Source: Octopus bimaculoides (Eukaryota). Taken from it: DNA of 64,000 nt. The DNA is taken from contig NC_068986.1 in NCBI RefSeq assembly GCF_001194135.2, positions 4,410,875 to 4,474,874 on the forward strand. The letters are read 5' to 3'. A program made the translations under genes and the position numbers. This document shows positions 37,337-49,322 of this stretch, one piece after another. Positions within the stretch are counted from its first letter, which is position 1. Every line of letters starts with the position of its first letter. The notes under the pieces are model-generated. The model was not told the DNA's origin. It did no database searches and saw only the letters and a program-made list of their open reading frames with translations.

Positions 37337-38510
37337 AACAAACAAGATGAGGATGAATATCCATCAAATGTAAATAATGTAAGTTACAGGATGTAAACAC
37401 ACCAACACCAGTTGTCAAGCAGTGGTGGGCGACAAACGTGGACACAAAGACACACACATATATTGAGTTTCCATCTACCAAATCCACTCACAAGGCTTTG
37501 GTTGGCCCAAGGTTTAGTACAAAATACTTGCCCAAGATGCCACACTGTGGGACCAAACCCGGGAGCAAGCTTCTTACCACACAGCCACTGCAATATAAAC
37601 ATTTAGTATGCAAATTTAGATCTACATGTAGCTTGAGGCTATTCAACATCATCATCAGTTTAACATCCACGTCCCCATGCTTGCGCAGATTAGATGGAAT
37701 TTATTGAAACTGATTGGGTGTATTGCAATTTCCTCATTTATCTTTTAATTGTTTCAGTCATTTGGCGGTGGCCATGCTGGGGCACTGCCTTGAAGGGTTT
37801 TAGTCAAACAAATCAACCCCATGGTTGCAAATGTTGCCATGGATGATTGGAAACAGTCACACAAACACACACTCATATATACATATAGCACACTTCTTTC
37901 AATTTCTGCCGACCAAGTCACTCACAAGGCTTTGTTTAGTGTCAGGCTATACTGAAAGACACTTGCCCACAGTGTCATGTAGTGGGGCTGAACCCAAAAT
38001 CTTATCATATCAATTATGAGAAATTGGTCTTCAGAAAGCATTGAATAATTCTTGGGTGAAATAGAAATATTTCTCTTTTTTTTTCTTTTTTCTTTCTTAG
38101 ACTTGAGCCTTTGGATAACATTTTAACTGAGTAAATCACAATTTTTTTAGAAGTAAAGCATCCATATTATCTGAAATACTATTTTTAGATTCTTTATTAT
38201 ACTATTCCAGTATTCTTTATTTATAAGCACTGTGTCTATGCTAATAATTTGGTCTGTTGGAAAACTTAGAATTAATGTTTTCAATGAGACTTATTCATAA
38301 CAAAATTTTTGAAAAACTAATTGTTGCTTTTGCTCCAGAATTACATTGCAAAATATACTGGGTTACACAAAATCAGTCAAGATGGAAAATTGCTCTTTTC
38401 CTTTTTGTCTAAATTGAACTCCATCTCCTTGGAGGTAGTTTTTGATAGACTAAATATATAGGTGTGAAGTGCTATGAAGTAGCAGGAATTGCTGTCAGAT
38501 AAAAAATGTT

Positions 38511-39064
38511 GGATCTTTTTTAAAACGGGGGCCACATTTTTCATTAACGAAACACTTTGAAACTTGGAACACTGGTAGAATGTGTCATATAAAACATCTT
38601 TTTCTCTTAGTCTTCTTAAAAAAAAAAGAAATCCATAAGTTATTCCATGTGAAAGTTGTCGTATTTCTGTAATTTCAACCATTCAGCCGATATACATTAA
38701 GTGCCGACTACATAAACAAACGATTCTGAAACAATTAACCCTAACCCTAACCCTAACCCTAGGGTTAGAGTTAAAGCAAATTTAAAATGAAAAAAGCAAA
38801 TAAAACGAAGGTATGGAGATTAAATACGCTTTACATCGCTTAATCAGCCAAAGGAGTAAATGTAAACAACTGAATACTTGTCAGTGATTGGCTGAAATTA
38901 TCGAAATAAGACAATTTTTTATATGAAATAAATTCGAATACAAAAATATTTTTCTATTCTATAACACAAAATAGATAAGTATACGAAGTTTGAAAGTCTT
39001 TCGGTACCAAAAACACTACGTAAAACATTAATTAAAAATGTGGCCCCCGTTTTAAAATAGATCC
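38511..39064. mobile_element. 554-bp MITE with 39-bp TIRs and 8-bp TSD (Merlin-like or hAT-like)
   Basis: TIR GGATCT(T/A)TTTTAAAACGGGGGCCACATTTTT(C/A)ATTAA(C/T)G, 36/39 identical; TSD AAAATGTT (38503-38510 and 39065-39072); internal (TAACCC)4 then TAGGGTTAG. Confidence 0.9.
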
Positions 39065-41735
39065 AAAATGTTTTCTTCCCAACTATATGGTTCCAGGTTC
39101 AGTCACACCGTCCTGTAATAGCTCGTCCTCTGTGTGTGTGTGTGTGTGTGTGTCCTCCCGCTACTTAACAACCATAACTTAGTAGTTCAGCAAAAGAGTC
39201 TGGTAGAATATTTAAAAATTAAGTATGGTGGTTGATTTGTCTGATGAAACCCTTCAGAGTGGCACCCCTGCATAGCTACAGTTCAATGATTGAAACAAGT
39301 AAAAGATAAGATTTCAATTATGTTTTTGATTAATAATTGTTTTTATATTTTCAAAAATGAATTTTCATTCATATATAATTTTAAGAATATTTCCTAGTTT
39401 GGTATATCATTCAGTAATGACAACTGATTGATTAGAAGACTAGATTAACTTCTTAACAATAATACAGCGTAAATTTTCAATGTATTTCAGGCTAAAACCA
39501 AAACAGGAAACAAGATATATATTTACACATTAACAGTTTTGCTTGACACTGATTGATAGACAATGAGATGCAATTAATTTTAAATTATCACAACAGAGTT
39601 TTAATTGTAGACAGATGCTCTAAAACCGTTTCAACTTTAATTACTTCCATTGAAAGAATACATGTGTTTGTATTGATTGTAACAAATAGATTTGTCAAAC
39701 AAAATATGGACAGAGTTTTCATTCTCCTTGCTAAGACTATGTAGATATCTAGACATTTATGCAGGCAAATAAACAATGCACATATTTTCTTTACGTTGAC
39801 ATCTATACATTTCTGTAGACAAACAAACTATGCAAACATTTAGTTTGTGAATATATAAAGGTGCAGGCTTGGTGTGTAATAAGAAGTTTGCCTCCCAGCC
39901 ACAAAGTTTCCTTTTCAGTCTCACTATAACTTGAGAAAGTGCCTTCTATTATAGTCACAGGCTGACCAAAGCCTTGAGTGGATTCAGTTGGCAGAAACTG
40001 AAAGATGCCCATTGTATATACATACATGTGTGTATGTCATAAAAAGTCAGGAGGTATGATAGGTGAGTATATTTATTCAACCACTTGATATCCATAGCAT
40101 TACAGTTGTTTCATAGCCCCAGAGTTGAAGCATTGATGTAACTATGATATTCTGATGATCTGAAGAGCTAGCATTGTATATCTGCATTGATTTGTAAATG
40201 TATAATTATATTCTACAATGCATAGCTTACATATTGGTGTAGACATGTAAAACAATTTATTACACACTGAAATTATTATTGCATGATGGAGGCTGTGAAA
40301 CAGCTGTAATCTTACAGTCATCAAGTGGTTAATTAACTATATTCACCTCTCAAATCTCTTTACTTTCTATGCTGTATATTCTCATGAAATAGTTTCATTG
40401 ATTGGATCTCCTGAACTTCAGCTGCATACATCACTGCATTATACTCCTCCATATTGGATTACTATCTGCTATGATAGCCAGGTTCACTAGAGCAGCTTTC
40501 TGTGATAGTGACGGGATTCTATGAACCCATATGTTGCATCACTCACACACAAACACACACACACACAAATATATATATGTTTGGGAAAATGAGTAGAAAT
40601 AGCTTTTCTGATGATTTTTCCGCTTTAATTATTAGGTTTTTTAAAAATTAGGTGTTTATATACATTTTATCATAGAAGTGGAAAATTACCAGACAAACTA
40701 TTTGTATATAATACTGTTCCAAGGACTTTCCATTTCTTATTCTACTGTGTGTGTGTGTGTGTGTTAGTGTCTACTTACCTGTACTCGCTGTAATAGCTGT
40801 AAATGAATGTAACCATCGTGCAAGTGGTATCCCTTGTTTCCAACTGTCTGTTAAAACATATCCTGTCATGGGGAAATATTAACTTTGCTGGAAATGTGTG
40901 GCAGTTAATGACAGAAAAGGCATCTGGCCATTGAAAATCCACCCCACCTAATTTCCATCCACCTTGTGTGAGTATGGAAAAGTGAATGTTAAAATGATAA
41001 TATAAAAGTCTACCCATCTATTTAGACTAAGTATTCAAACATTTTGTTTGCTGTAAATATATAAAAATCTACACATATAGACAAACTACGCAAGCAATTT
41101 GTTTGTTATGAGACTATGCAGACACTTTTAATAAAAAAAATTAAAAAAAAGAATTTTAATGGAAACAAAAACTACATTTTCATTTATAGCAACATTTGCA
41201 TCTGTTATCTATAATCTGGTAAAAATGTATTTTGTATTTTTTTCTCACCTGAAAAATTTTCTTTGTGATATACATACATTCACAAGTACCTGCTCTCTCT
41301 CTCTCTCACACACATACAAGCACACACTCGCATAAATGTTTCCAGGTTATTTTCCCTGCTAAAATGAAGGTTAGCCTTGCAGACTCTATGACAATGTCAT
41401 TGTGGTTCATTCCCTGAGGCAGTGTTTCACAAGGTGCCTTTCCACCCAGCTACCATTCTATATGATATGCAAAGGAAACAATGTACTGATTCCAAATCCA
41501 AGAATATGCAATCTTTCCTTGGAATTTGAAGACTTACAATTAATATTGCACAGCTCTTCTTTTACAATGTCTGTAGATTTGGCACTTGTAGGTCATCCGT
41601 TTCAGTGCAACTATATTAAAGACATAATGATTTGTGGAAATTAATAACTTTACTGCTTTGAAATTTCAATTTTCTAAATCTTAGTGACTGATAAGACTGG
41701 GGCTATATTCATTAAGACAAAGAAAACCAGTTCTC

Positions 41736-41794
<59 letters not shown>

Positions 41795-42056
41795 TACATC
41801 ATCATCATAATCATCATTTTAATGTCCAGTTTTCCATGTATGCATGTATTGGTTGGACAGAGTTTACAGCAGTAGATTTTCAACAGCTGAATAACCTTTC
41901 CATTGATAACCCTCACCTGTTTCCAAACAACATAATATTTCCCCATGGCCAAACATATCTTCACAGAAGTTTAATAATGAAGGAAAGCTTGCATGACAGT
42001 TACACTATTTTAGAACTAATACATGGGATGTCAAGGCAACAAGACAGCAACACACA

Positions 42057-42060
<4 letters not shown>

Positions 42061-42131
<71 letters not shown>
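42061..42131. repeat. (CA)n microsatellite
   Basis: Uninterrupted CA run; one of many microsatellites in the window. Confidence 0.97.
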
Positions 42132-42134
<3 letters not shown>

Positions 42135-42444
42135 ATAGACTTCTATCAGTTTCCATCAACCAAATTTACTAACATGGCTCTACTCAACCTGGCAGCTATA
42201 GTAGATATTTGCTCAAGGTGTCACAAAGTGGCACTGAACTCAGTCATGTGGTTGGGAAGCAACCTTCTTAACTACACAACTATATCTGTGTCCTGTGCAT
42301 GTGTATGTTTGTGTGCGCATGTGTGTATCCAACCAACCAACCATAGAAACCGAGCCAAACCATACTAGAACCTGCTGCAGCCCTCCTGCTTACCAGCTCT
42401 GGTCAGACTGTCCAACCCATGTCAGCATGCAAAATGGACATTAA

Positions 42445-42903
42445 CCCTTTAGAGCATTCAGATTACTCTGTCAAATGTAATGCTTATTTATTCATATTGC
42501 TTTGGGTTAATCATGCATTATCTTGCAGCTTTGAGATTTCAATGACGTGATTATTTTGAGAATGATATTGTAGAGTAGGTGTGAAAGGTTGGGCATAGCC
42601 AGTTTGAACAGAAAATGGGTAGAATATTTTGGCGGCGAGCTGGCAGAAACGTTAGCACACCGGGCGAAATGCTTAGCGGTATTCCGCCTGTCGCTACGTT
42701 CTGAGTTCAAATTCCGCCGAGGTCGACTTTGCCTTTCATCCTTTCGGGGTCGATAAATTAAGTACCAGTTACGCACTGGGGTCGATGTAATCGACTTACT
42801 CCCTTTGTCTGTCCTTGTTTGTCCCCTCTATGTTTAGCCCCCTGTGGGCAATAAAGAAATAAGAATATTTTGGCCATATATGGGCAGGTTAAATGCTAAA
42901 GGG
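42445..42903. mobile_element. TTAA-type (piggyBac-like) MITE family 1 carrying a SINE
   Basis: TTAA|CCCTTT...AAAGGG|TTAA (TTAA at 42441-42444 and 42904-42907), inserted in an RTE-type tail (ggaca-TTAA-atgatgatg). Confidence 0.9.
42634..42861 (+). mobile_element. SINE family A, young full-length copy
   Basis: ggcgagctggcagaaacgttagc..gagttcaaattccgccgaggtcgactttgcctttcatcctttcggggtcgataaattaagtaccag..aataaagaaata; 13-bp TSD AGAATATTTTGGC (42621-42633 and 42862-42874). Confidence 0.92.
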
Positions 42904-43308
42904 TTAAATGATGATGATGATGATGATGATGATATATAGTTTTATATGCACAAGCACATTTTCATTGCTATATAAAAGATTACAGTTAAATTACAGATAA
43001 TGAAGTAGAGAAACTAACAACAGAAATGAAATATAAGTAAAATAAATGTAACAGGATGAAATATTCAGCTTCTCTGGGATAGTGAAGAAACTGATGAAGC
43101 CCTAGCTGTTCATAGTCTCAGAAAGGGAAAAACGTAATTTGAATATTGTTCATGGGTAGAAATGAAATCTCTTTGTGAATTTAGGAGATTAACAGAGACA
43201 TTTCTAGATATGTTTTTGTGTGTAAATTGTGGTAACCTCTCGGCTACTAATTGTTAGATTTAGTCAATAATTATTGCTTCTTTCAGGAATACTTATCTTT
43301 CGTTTGTT

Positions 43309-43714
43309 ATCTTTTACTTGTTTCAGTCGTTAAGCTGTGGTTATACTGAGGTACCACCTTGAAGAATTTTTAGTCAAATGTATTAAATATGGTACTTATT
43401 TTTTATTTTTTATTTTTGTTTAAAGCCAGGTACTTATTCTGTCAGTTTCTTTTCCTGAGCCACTAAGTTATGGGGACATAAACACACCAGCACTGGCTGT
43501 CAAGCAGTGGTGGGGTAGAAACACATACAAAAAGGCACATACACGCACACACACACATACAATGGGCTTCTTTCAGTTTCTGTCTACCAAATCTACTCGA
43601 GGTTTTAGTCTGCCTGAGGTTATAGTAGAAAACGCTTGCCCAGAGTGTGACACAATGGGATTGAACCCAGAACCATGTGGTTGAGGAGCAAGCTTCTTAC
43701 CACACAGCCACACC
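43309..43714 (-). mobile_element. SINE family B, full length, decayed
   Basis: Same order of modules as 33643-34007. Confidence 0.8.
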
Positions 43715-44348
43715 CTTCTAAATTTTGCAGTATCTCATCATAGTTGTAAATAATCTATGCCTTTCCTTTATAAACAATCTAAGCTGGAAGTGTTTGATCA
43801 CCATGAGCTTCATTGTTGAAAAACTGAAAAAGCATCTTCAAAACACCACCTAAAACAATGTTATCTTTGAACAGATATTTGGAAACAGCTTAAGTCTGCA
43901 CTCAATGACCTATCTTTATTCAGACTGACTGATTTAGTTTTAGTTTGACTGCATTTTGACATGGGATTTGCCAATTCTCTGTATCATAGATATTTGGCTG
44001 AAGCCAAGTATGAAATTTGTGGTTAACGGAGAATACAGCCTGAATTGGTTAATTTCTCATCACAATACATTATATGAATACAACATTGCAATTATTATTC
44101 TCGTTCTCTCTCTCTCTCTCTCACTCTCTCTCTCTCTCTCACTCTCTCTCTCTCTCNNNNNNNNNNNNNNNNNNNNNNNNNNNNNNNNNNNNNNNNNNNN
44201 NNNNNNNNNNNNNNNNNNNNNNNNNNNNNNNNNNNNNNNNNNNNNNNNNNNNNNNNNNNNNNNNNNNNNNNNNNNNNNNNNNNNNNNNNNNNNNNNNNNN
44301 NNNNNNNNNNNNNNTGCAATTATTATTCTCGTTCTCTCTCTCTCTCTC

Positions 44349-44392
<44 letters not shown>

Positions 44393-45390
44393 GTTTTAAC
44401 CTTCTTGCCTATTTTCTTCCTGCTCTTGTTTGTTGGTTATTTAATTTTTACATATCTCAAAATTCTACTGCAATTTCTACAGCCAGTTATGCACACACAC
44501 ACACACACACACACATCCCCTCTCACTCTACAATCCTCTCACCACCACCACCACCACTCTGTTTTTTTACTCTCACTTCCTTCACCCTCTCCTACCTCTT
44601 CTGCTATTGCTGTCTCTATAGTTCACCTTCTCTGTTCATACTGTGAATGAATGAACATATCAGTGAATAGTCAGTCTTTAGTCATATGGTAGACATACTA
44701 CAAAACCTGGCAGGTGTTAGTACTATGATAAAATGTATCCATTACACTCTGTAAACTGGCTGGTGAATAAGTGGAGACACCTGTTGAGGAGGACCCTAAA
44801 GTGTTGTGAGAACATAACTTTTTTAATGCAGGGACCATAATGAAGTGCACTTAGTACCCTTGATGAAGTGGTTGGTTATAGGACAAAGGACACAGAAACC
44901 ATGCCACAGTGAAATGTTTGAGTGAGATGTGGTGTTCCAACCCATCTAAAAGAGGAGTAAGAATTAATTTGAACTGTGACAACTCAACCAACCCATGCCA
45001 GCATGGAGAGTAGGTGTAAAATTATGATGGTGCTTGGTTTTGGGTTGAGCCCCAGTCTTGGGCCAACCAAACCCTTGTGAATGTATTGCAAAGGCAGATA
45101 CTGAAAAGAAGCCTATGTGTGTCTGTCTGTCCTTGTGTTGACATTGTACAATGATTAATTGTAAAGAAGTCTTGCTGTCACACACTCAGTGACATTCATC
45201 TGCAATTGCCATGGAAACACATCAAGCCATGAGTAAATATTACAGCACTTGGAAACAGACAAGAGTTGATGAGAGGAAAAGTTGTAGCCTTTTTAGTCTC
45301 AATGAAATCCATCCAAGCCAAACAAGCATGGAAATGTGACATTAAAATGATTATATATCTGTAAATTTGTTTGTATGTATGTATGTATGT

Positions 45391-45726
45391 TTTGGCATCC
45401 TTGAATCAGTAAAGCTGGGCGTATGAGTCATCTTCGGAGTCATAAAGCAAGACCGAGGATTGACCACCAGGCCGCTGGTGATGATGCTACACACCATACT
45501 AGTCATGTCTGTCGGGCATGTGGAAGGGAGTGTGATTCAGCAAAAGTACATGGAGCCCAATTACAACAACAGCCAGCTATTGCCAGTAAAGGTTTTGGAT
45601 GCCAACTCTGTGCAAGACATTGTAGATCTTTGGCTGGGCTAAAAAGTCACATTCGATCACAGCACCGTTAAGGTAAGCTTCATGCAATGACCATACTCGA
45701 TAATGAGGGGGCAGCCATCATCATCA
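45391..45726 (+). mobile_element. 3' end of an RTE-type LINE encoding tandem C2H2-like fingers
   Basis: ..SKAGRMSHLRSH..HVCRACGRECDS..FGCQLCARHCRSLAGLKSHIRSQHR*, short 3' UTR and (CAT)4 tail; 19-bp flanking repeat TGTATGTATGTATGTATGT (45372-45390 and 45727-45745). Confidence 0.8.
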
Positions 45727-45754
45727 TGTATGTATGTATGTATGTGTGGATGGA

Positions 45755-46058
45755 TGGATGGTTAGAGCATTGGGCTCACAATCATGAGGTAGTGAGTTTG
45801 ATTCCTGGACCAGGCTGTGTGTTGTGTTCTTGAGCAAGACACTTTTTGTAGAAATAAGTTGCAATGTCACTGGTAGCAAGCTGTATCGACCTTTGTCTTT
45901 CCCACAGATAACATAAGTGACGTGGGGTGCAGAAGCTGGAATGCATAGGTGACTGGTGGTCTTCCATAAACAACCTTGCCTGGACTTGTGCCTTGAAGGG
46001 GAACTTTCTAGGTGCAATCCCATGGTTATTCATGACCGAAAGGGGTCTTTACCTTTTT
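45755..46058 (+). mobile_element. tRNA-derived SINE family C (CORE-like centre)
   Basis: tggttagagcattgggctcacaatcatgaggtagtgagtttgattcc..tgtgttcttgagcaagacact..catgaccgaaaggggtctttacc; homologous to 51277-51600. Confidence 0.75.
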
Positions 46059-46379
46059 ATATATACGAAATATAAGTCATACTGCAGTTATTTAAATTCT
46101 TTGACAATTCATTAATGAATAATCAATATTTTTATACAGATTCTGTACACTGGGCAAAATGCTTAGCGCCTTTTCACCCATTTTCATATTCTGAGTTAAA
46201 ATTCCACCAAGGTCATCTTTGCCTTTCATTCTTTTGATGTTAATAAGTACCAGTTGAACACTGGGTTCAAGGTAATCAACTTACTTCCTCACCTTAAATT
46301 GCTGGCCCTGTGCCAAAATTTGAAACCCATATTTTTATACAGCTCCTCCATGTGCTTGTGTATAGAATTGACAAGTCCT

Positions 46380-46600
46380 TTAACTCTTTGAGGAGTTATG
46401 CTGTGCAGCATATCTTGGGTGAGAAAACCTGGCAGAGCCTATCCCTCTCCAGACTAAATTCATTTCTACAGCTGAGTGGACTGGAGCAACATGAAATTGT
46501 TTTGCTCAAGAACAAAATGCATTGCCAGGTCCAGGAATTGAAATCACAATCTTATAATTGTGAGTCCAACACCCTAACCACTAAGCCATGTGCCTCTGCA
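46380..46600 (-). mobile_element. SINE related to family C, decayed
   Basis: Minus strand gcacatggcttagtggttagggtgttggactcacaatt..ttcaattcctggac..cttgagcaaaaca..ttgctccagtccactcagctgtag. Confidence 0.6.
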
Positions 46601-47602
46601 TATAGAATAGGTCAGCTCAAAAATCTTTTAGTCACTCTCACAGATCACTCTTAATCCAGATTTTATCTTACTTTTTAGATTTTCACAGGATATGAAGATG
46701 TTTATACCTTTGTTAGAGTTTTTCTCATGGCTACGCTATAAAGCATGATTATAAGTCACAATAATGTAAAGATGCTTGCATAATCTGATTCAGTAAATTG
46801 CAAACTACCAAACGATATACTATGAGCATGAATATATTTATTTATTGCTTTTATCAGAGGAAGACACCTGTGACTTTTGCAGGGACTCAGTAATGGATGT
46901 GACTCAAGGCAGTCAAAACTACGACTCATGGAATATCAGGTTATCCTCAAACTTCATTCATAGTTTTCTTCATTTACTCTCCACCCAATTTCTCTCACAA
47001 GGCTTGGCTCAACTTGAAGCTTATAGTAAACGACACATGTCCAAGATGCTACATTGTGCAATGAAACTTGGCATCATGTGATTATAAAATAAGCTTCTTT
47101 TCCCCCACAGCCTTTATAACTAAATTTAACTTAAAGGAAATTAATGAGGAAATTGTGTAATTTTTTTTTATTTTTATTGCAATAAAGTAATAAATTATCT
47201 GGAAAACTTAGAATAAACATCTAAAGGTTTATGCAAAAACTCATTATTTCTCCTAAATCAAACCTGTATGAGAAAATTGGATAAATGCATTTAGTTATAT
47301 TTTAACTTTACTTATGGTTATTTTGAGATATATCAAATATTTTTAATGTGTATTTGTAATAGCATTTAGTGATTAAATAGCTCTTTAGTATAGGTACATT
47401 TGAGTTGATCCATGAATATGTCTTTGCATGAGCTTTTGCGAAAGCTTGTAAGCCCCCAAAATAAGATATATTGACTAAAGGTCAGTGATACATTAGCATT
47501 ATACTGGTACCCTTATCAAATTTATATGATAATCACCCTGAAAAGTCTAATTGTTCGGCATTTTCTATTTTGTCATTAATAGCATTATTTATGGATATGA
47601 CA

Positions 47603-47666
<64 letters not shown>

Positions 47667-48220
47667 AAAAAAAATTCTTCTTTTACAGTGACATTTTATT
47701 TCATATTTTGCCTATTTAAAATATATTAAACAGCAGTTTATAGATGCGCTTAAGTACTTTGTTGTCATGTAGAAAATTATTTATGGCCAAGAAAAGAGCT
47801 ATTAACAGAAATTTTGATTTATAGAAATATTATTTTGATAGCTGGATAACTGGAACTGTTGCCGGATCTCAGTTCATGTAATTTGTTTTACCAGATATGG
47901 CATTTAAAATGTAAAATATATCTTTTTTTGATAAACACACGAATTTAGCCTCAGTTATAAAAGGCTGCTTAAAGTAGATTACAGCTTTTCTCTCGAGAAG
48001 ACTTGTTTGTAGTCTTAGATCTTTATCAGAGAAAGAATGCTCAACATGTCAACAGAGAAATAATAACTTATAGCTACTTATTGTGGATATAAACCATGGC
48101 TAAACTAATTTACACAGCAGTGCATAAACTGGCCAATGCAGATTAAATCATTTGTAGTGCACAACACTGCATTTTATGATGATTTGAAAACCAAGATACA
48201 CCTTTTTATATAAATAAATT

Positions 48221-48606
48221 GGCACAGCTGTGACAGTGTAGGTAAAGGGTTTGCTCCCCATCCAGGTGGTTTTGGGTTCAGTCCCACTGTGTGGCCCCTT
48301 GAACAAGTCTCTTTGTTTATAGCCCTGAGATGACCAAACCTTGTGAGTGTATTTAGTAGGTGGAAACTGAAGGAACTCCATTGTGTGTATGTGTGTGTAT
48401 ATCTATGTGTTTGTGTTTGTTCCCCACTGCTTAACAACTTGTTGGTTTGTTTACATCCCTATATCTTAGCAGTTCAGCAAATGAGTCCAATAGAATAAGT
48501 ACCAGACTTTAAAAGTAAGTACTGGGGTAGATCTGTTTGACTGAACCCTTCATTATGGTGCCGGAGTGTGGCCACAACCCTGCGACTGAAACAAATGAAA
48601 AAGATA
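48221..48606 (+). mobile_element. SINE family B, decayed
   Basis: gggttcagtcccactgtgtggccccttgaacaagtc..accaaaccttgtgagtg..(GT)n..gactgaaacaaatgaaa. Confidence 0.75.
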
Positions 48607-48935
48607 AAAATATCAAAAACATACAACTTCAGCCTCACTGTGAAAAGTAAACAAAGGAAGAAAGTAGCTGTATCACAGGTTTTATGTTACTATATTTTAA
48701 ATTACCCCAAAATGTAGTACTGTGCACCATGACCTGATAAAGTAATTCACAGTATCAGGGCATGCATTGTTATGCAAATTAGCCAAACCAGTTTAGTGAA
48801 GTCCTAGTTTGTATATACTATAAACAGCTATCTGTTACTAATCTTTTACTCTATATAGACAAGATGCAAGGTGGTGCCACAGCATGACTGCAGTCTAAGT
48901 AAAAGATAAGATATTTTGAATTGTAACACTTTCTG

Positions 48936-49136
48936 CTCTTTTACTTGTCTCAGTCATTTGACTGTGGCCATGCTGGAGCACCGCCTTTTAGTCGAGCTAG
49001 TCGACCCCAGGACTTATTCTTTGGAAGCCTAGTACTTATTCTATTGATTTCTTTTGCCGAACCGCTAAGTTACAGGGATGTAAACACACCAGCATCGGTT
49101 GTCAAGCGATGTTGGGGGGGACAAACACAAACATAT

Positions 49137-49171
<35 letters not shown>

Positions 49172-49322
49172 CATATATACGACGGGCTTCTTTCAGTTTC
49201 TGTCTACCAAATCCACTCACAAGGCTTTGGTCGGCCCAAGGCTATAGTAGAAGACACTTGCCCATGGTTCCACGCAGTGGGAATGAACCCGGAACCATGT
49301 AGTTGGTAAGCGAGCTACTTAC
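48936..49322 (-). mobile_element. SINE family B, young, head slightly truncated
   Basis: Near-identical to 33643-34007, CpG-rich. Confidence 0.9.

Larger units (their letters stand above)
36451..37379 (+). mobile_element. Penelope-like element (PLE): inverted pseudo-LTR + GIY-YIG fragment + pseudo-LTR
   Basis: 36485-36735 is the reverse complement of approx. 37172-37380; endonuclease between them; flanking direct repeat TAAGTTACAGG (36439-36449 and 37380-37390). Confidence 0.9.
36290..37590 (-). mobile_element. SINE family B split by the Penelope-like insertion
   Basis: SINE sequence stops at ..gctgaactactaagttacaggg (36450) and resumes at taagttacaggatgtaaacacacc (37380). Confidence 0.75.

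Noticed and set aside
38736-38769. Chromosome end or ancient telomere fusion site
   Set aside because: Only about six repeats, lying inside a TIR- and TSD-bounded MITE.
43086-43140. Possible extra hammerhead (CTGATGA-agccct...aggg-aaaaacgta)
   Set aside because: G12 is missing, stem I does not pair cleanly and no PLE context is evident; at best a decayed copy.
44085-44390. Duplicated tgcaattattattctcgttctctc.. flanking a gap
   Set aside because: Same pattern of contig-end overlap at a (CT)n tract; not treated as a biological duplication.
45423-45671. Host C2H2 zinc-finger gene
   Set aside because: No TGEKP linkers, a stop just upstream, and a LINE-type tail with flanking duplication; better explained as a retroelement 3' end.
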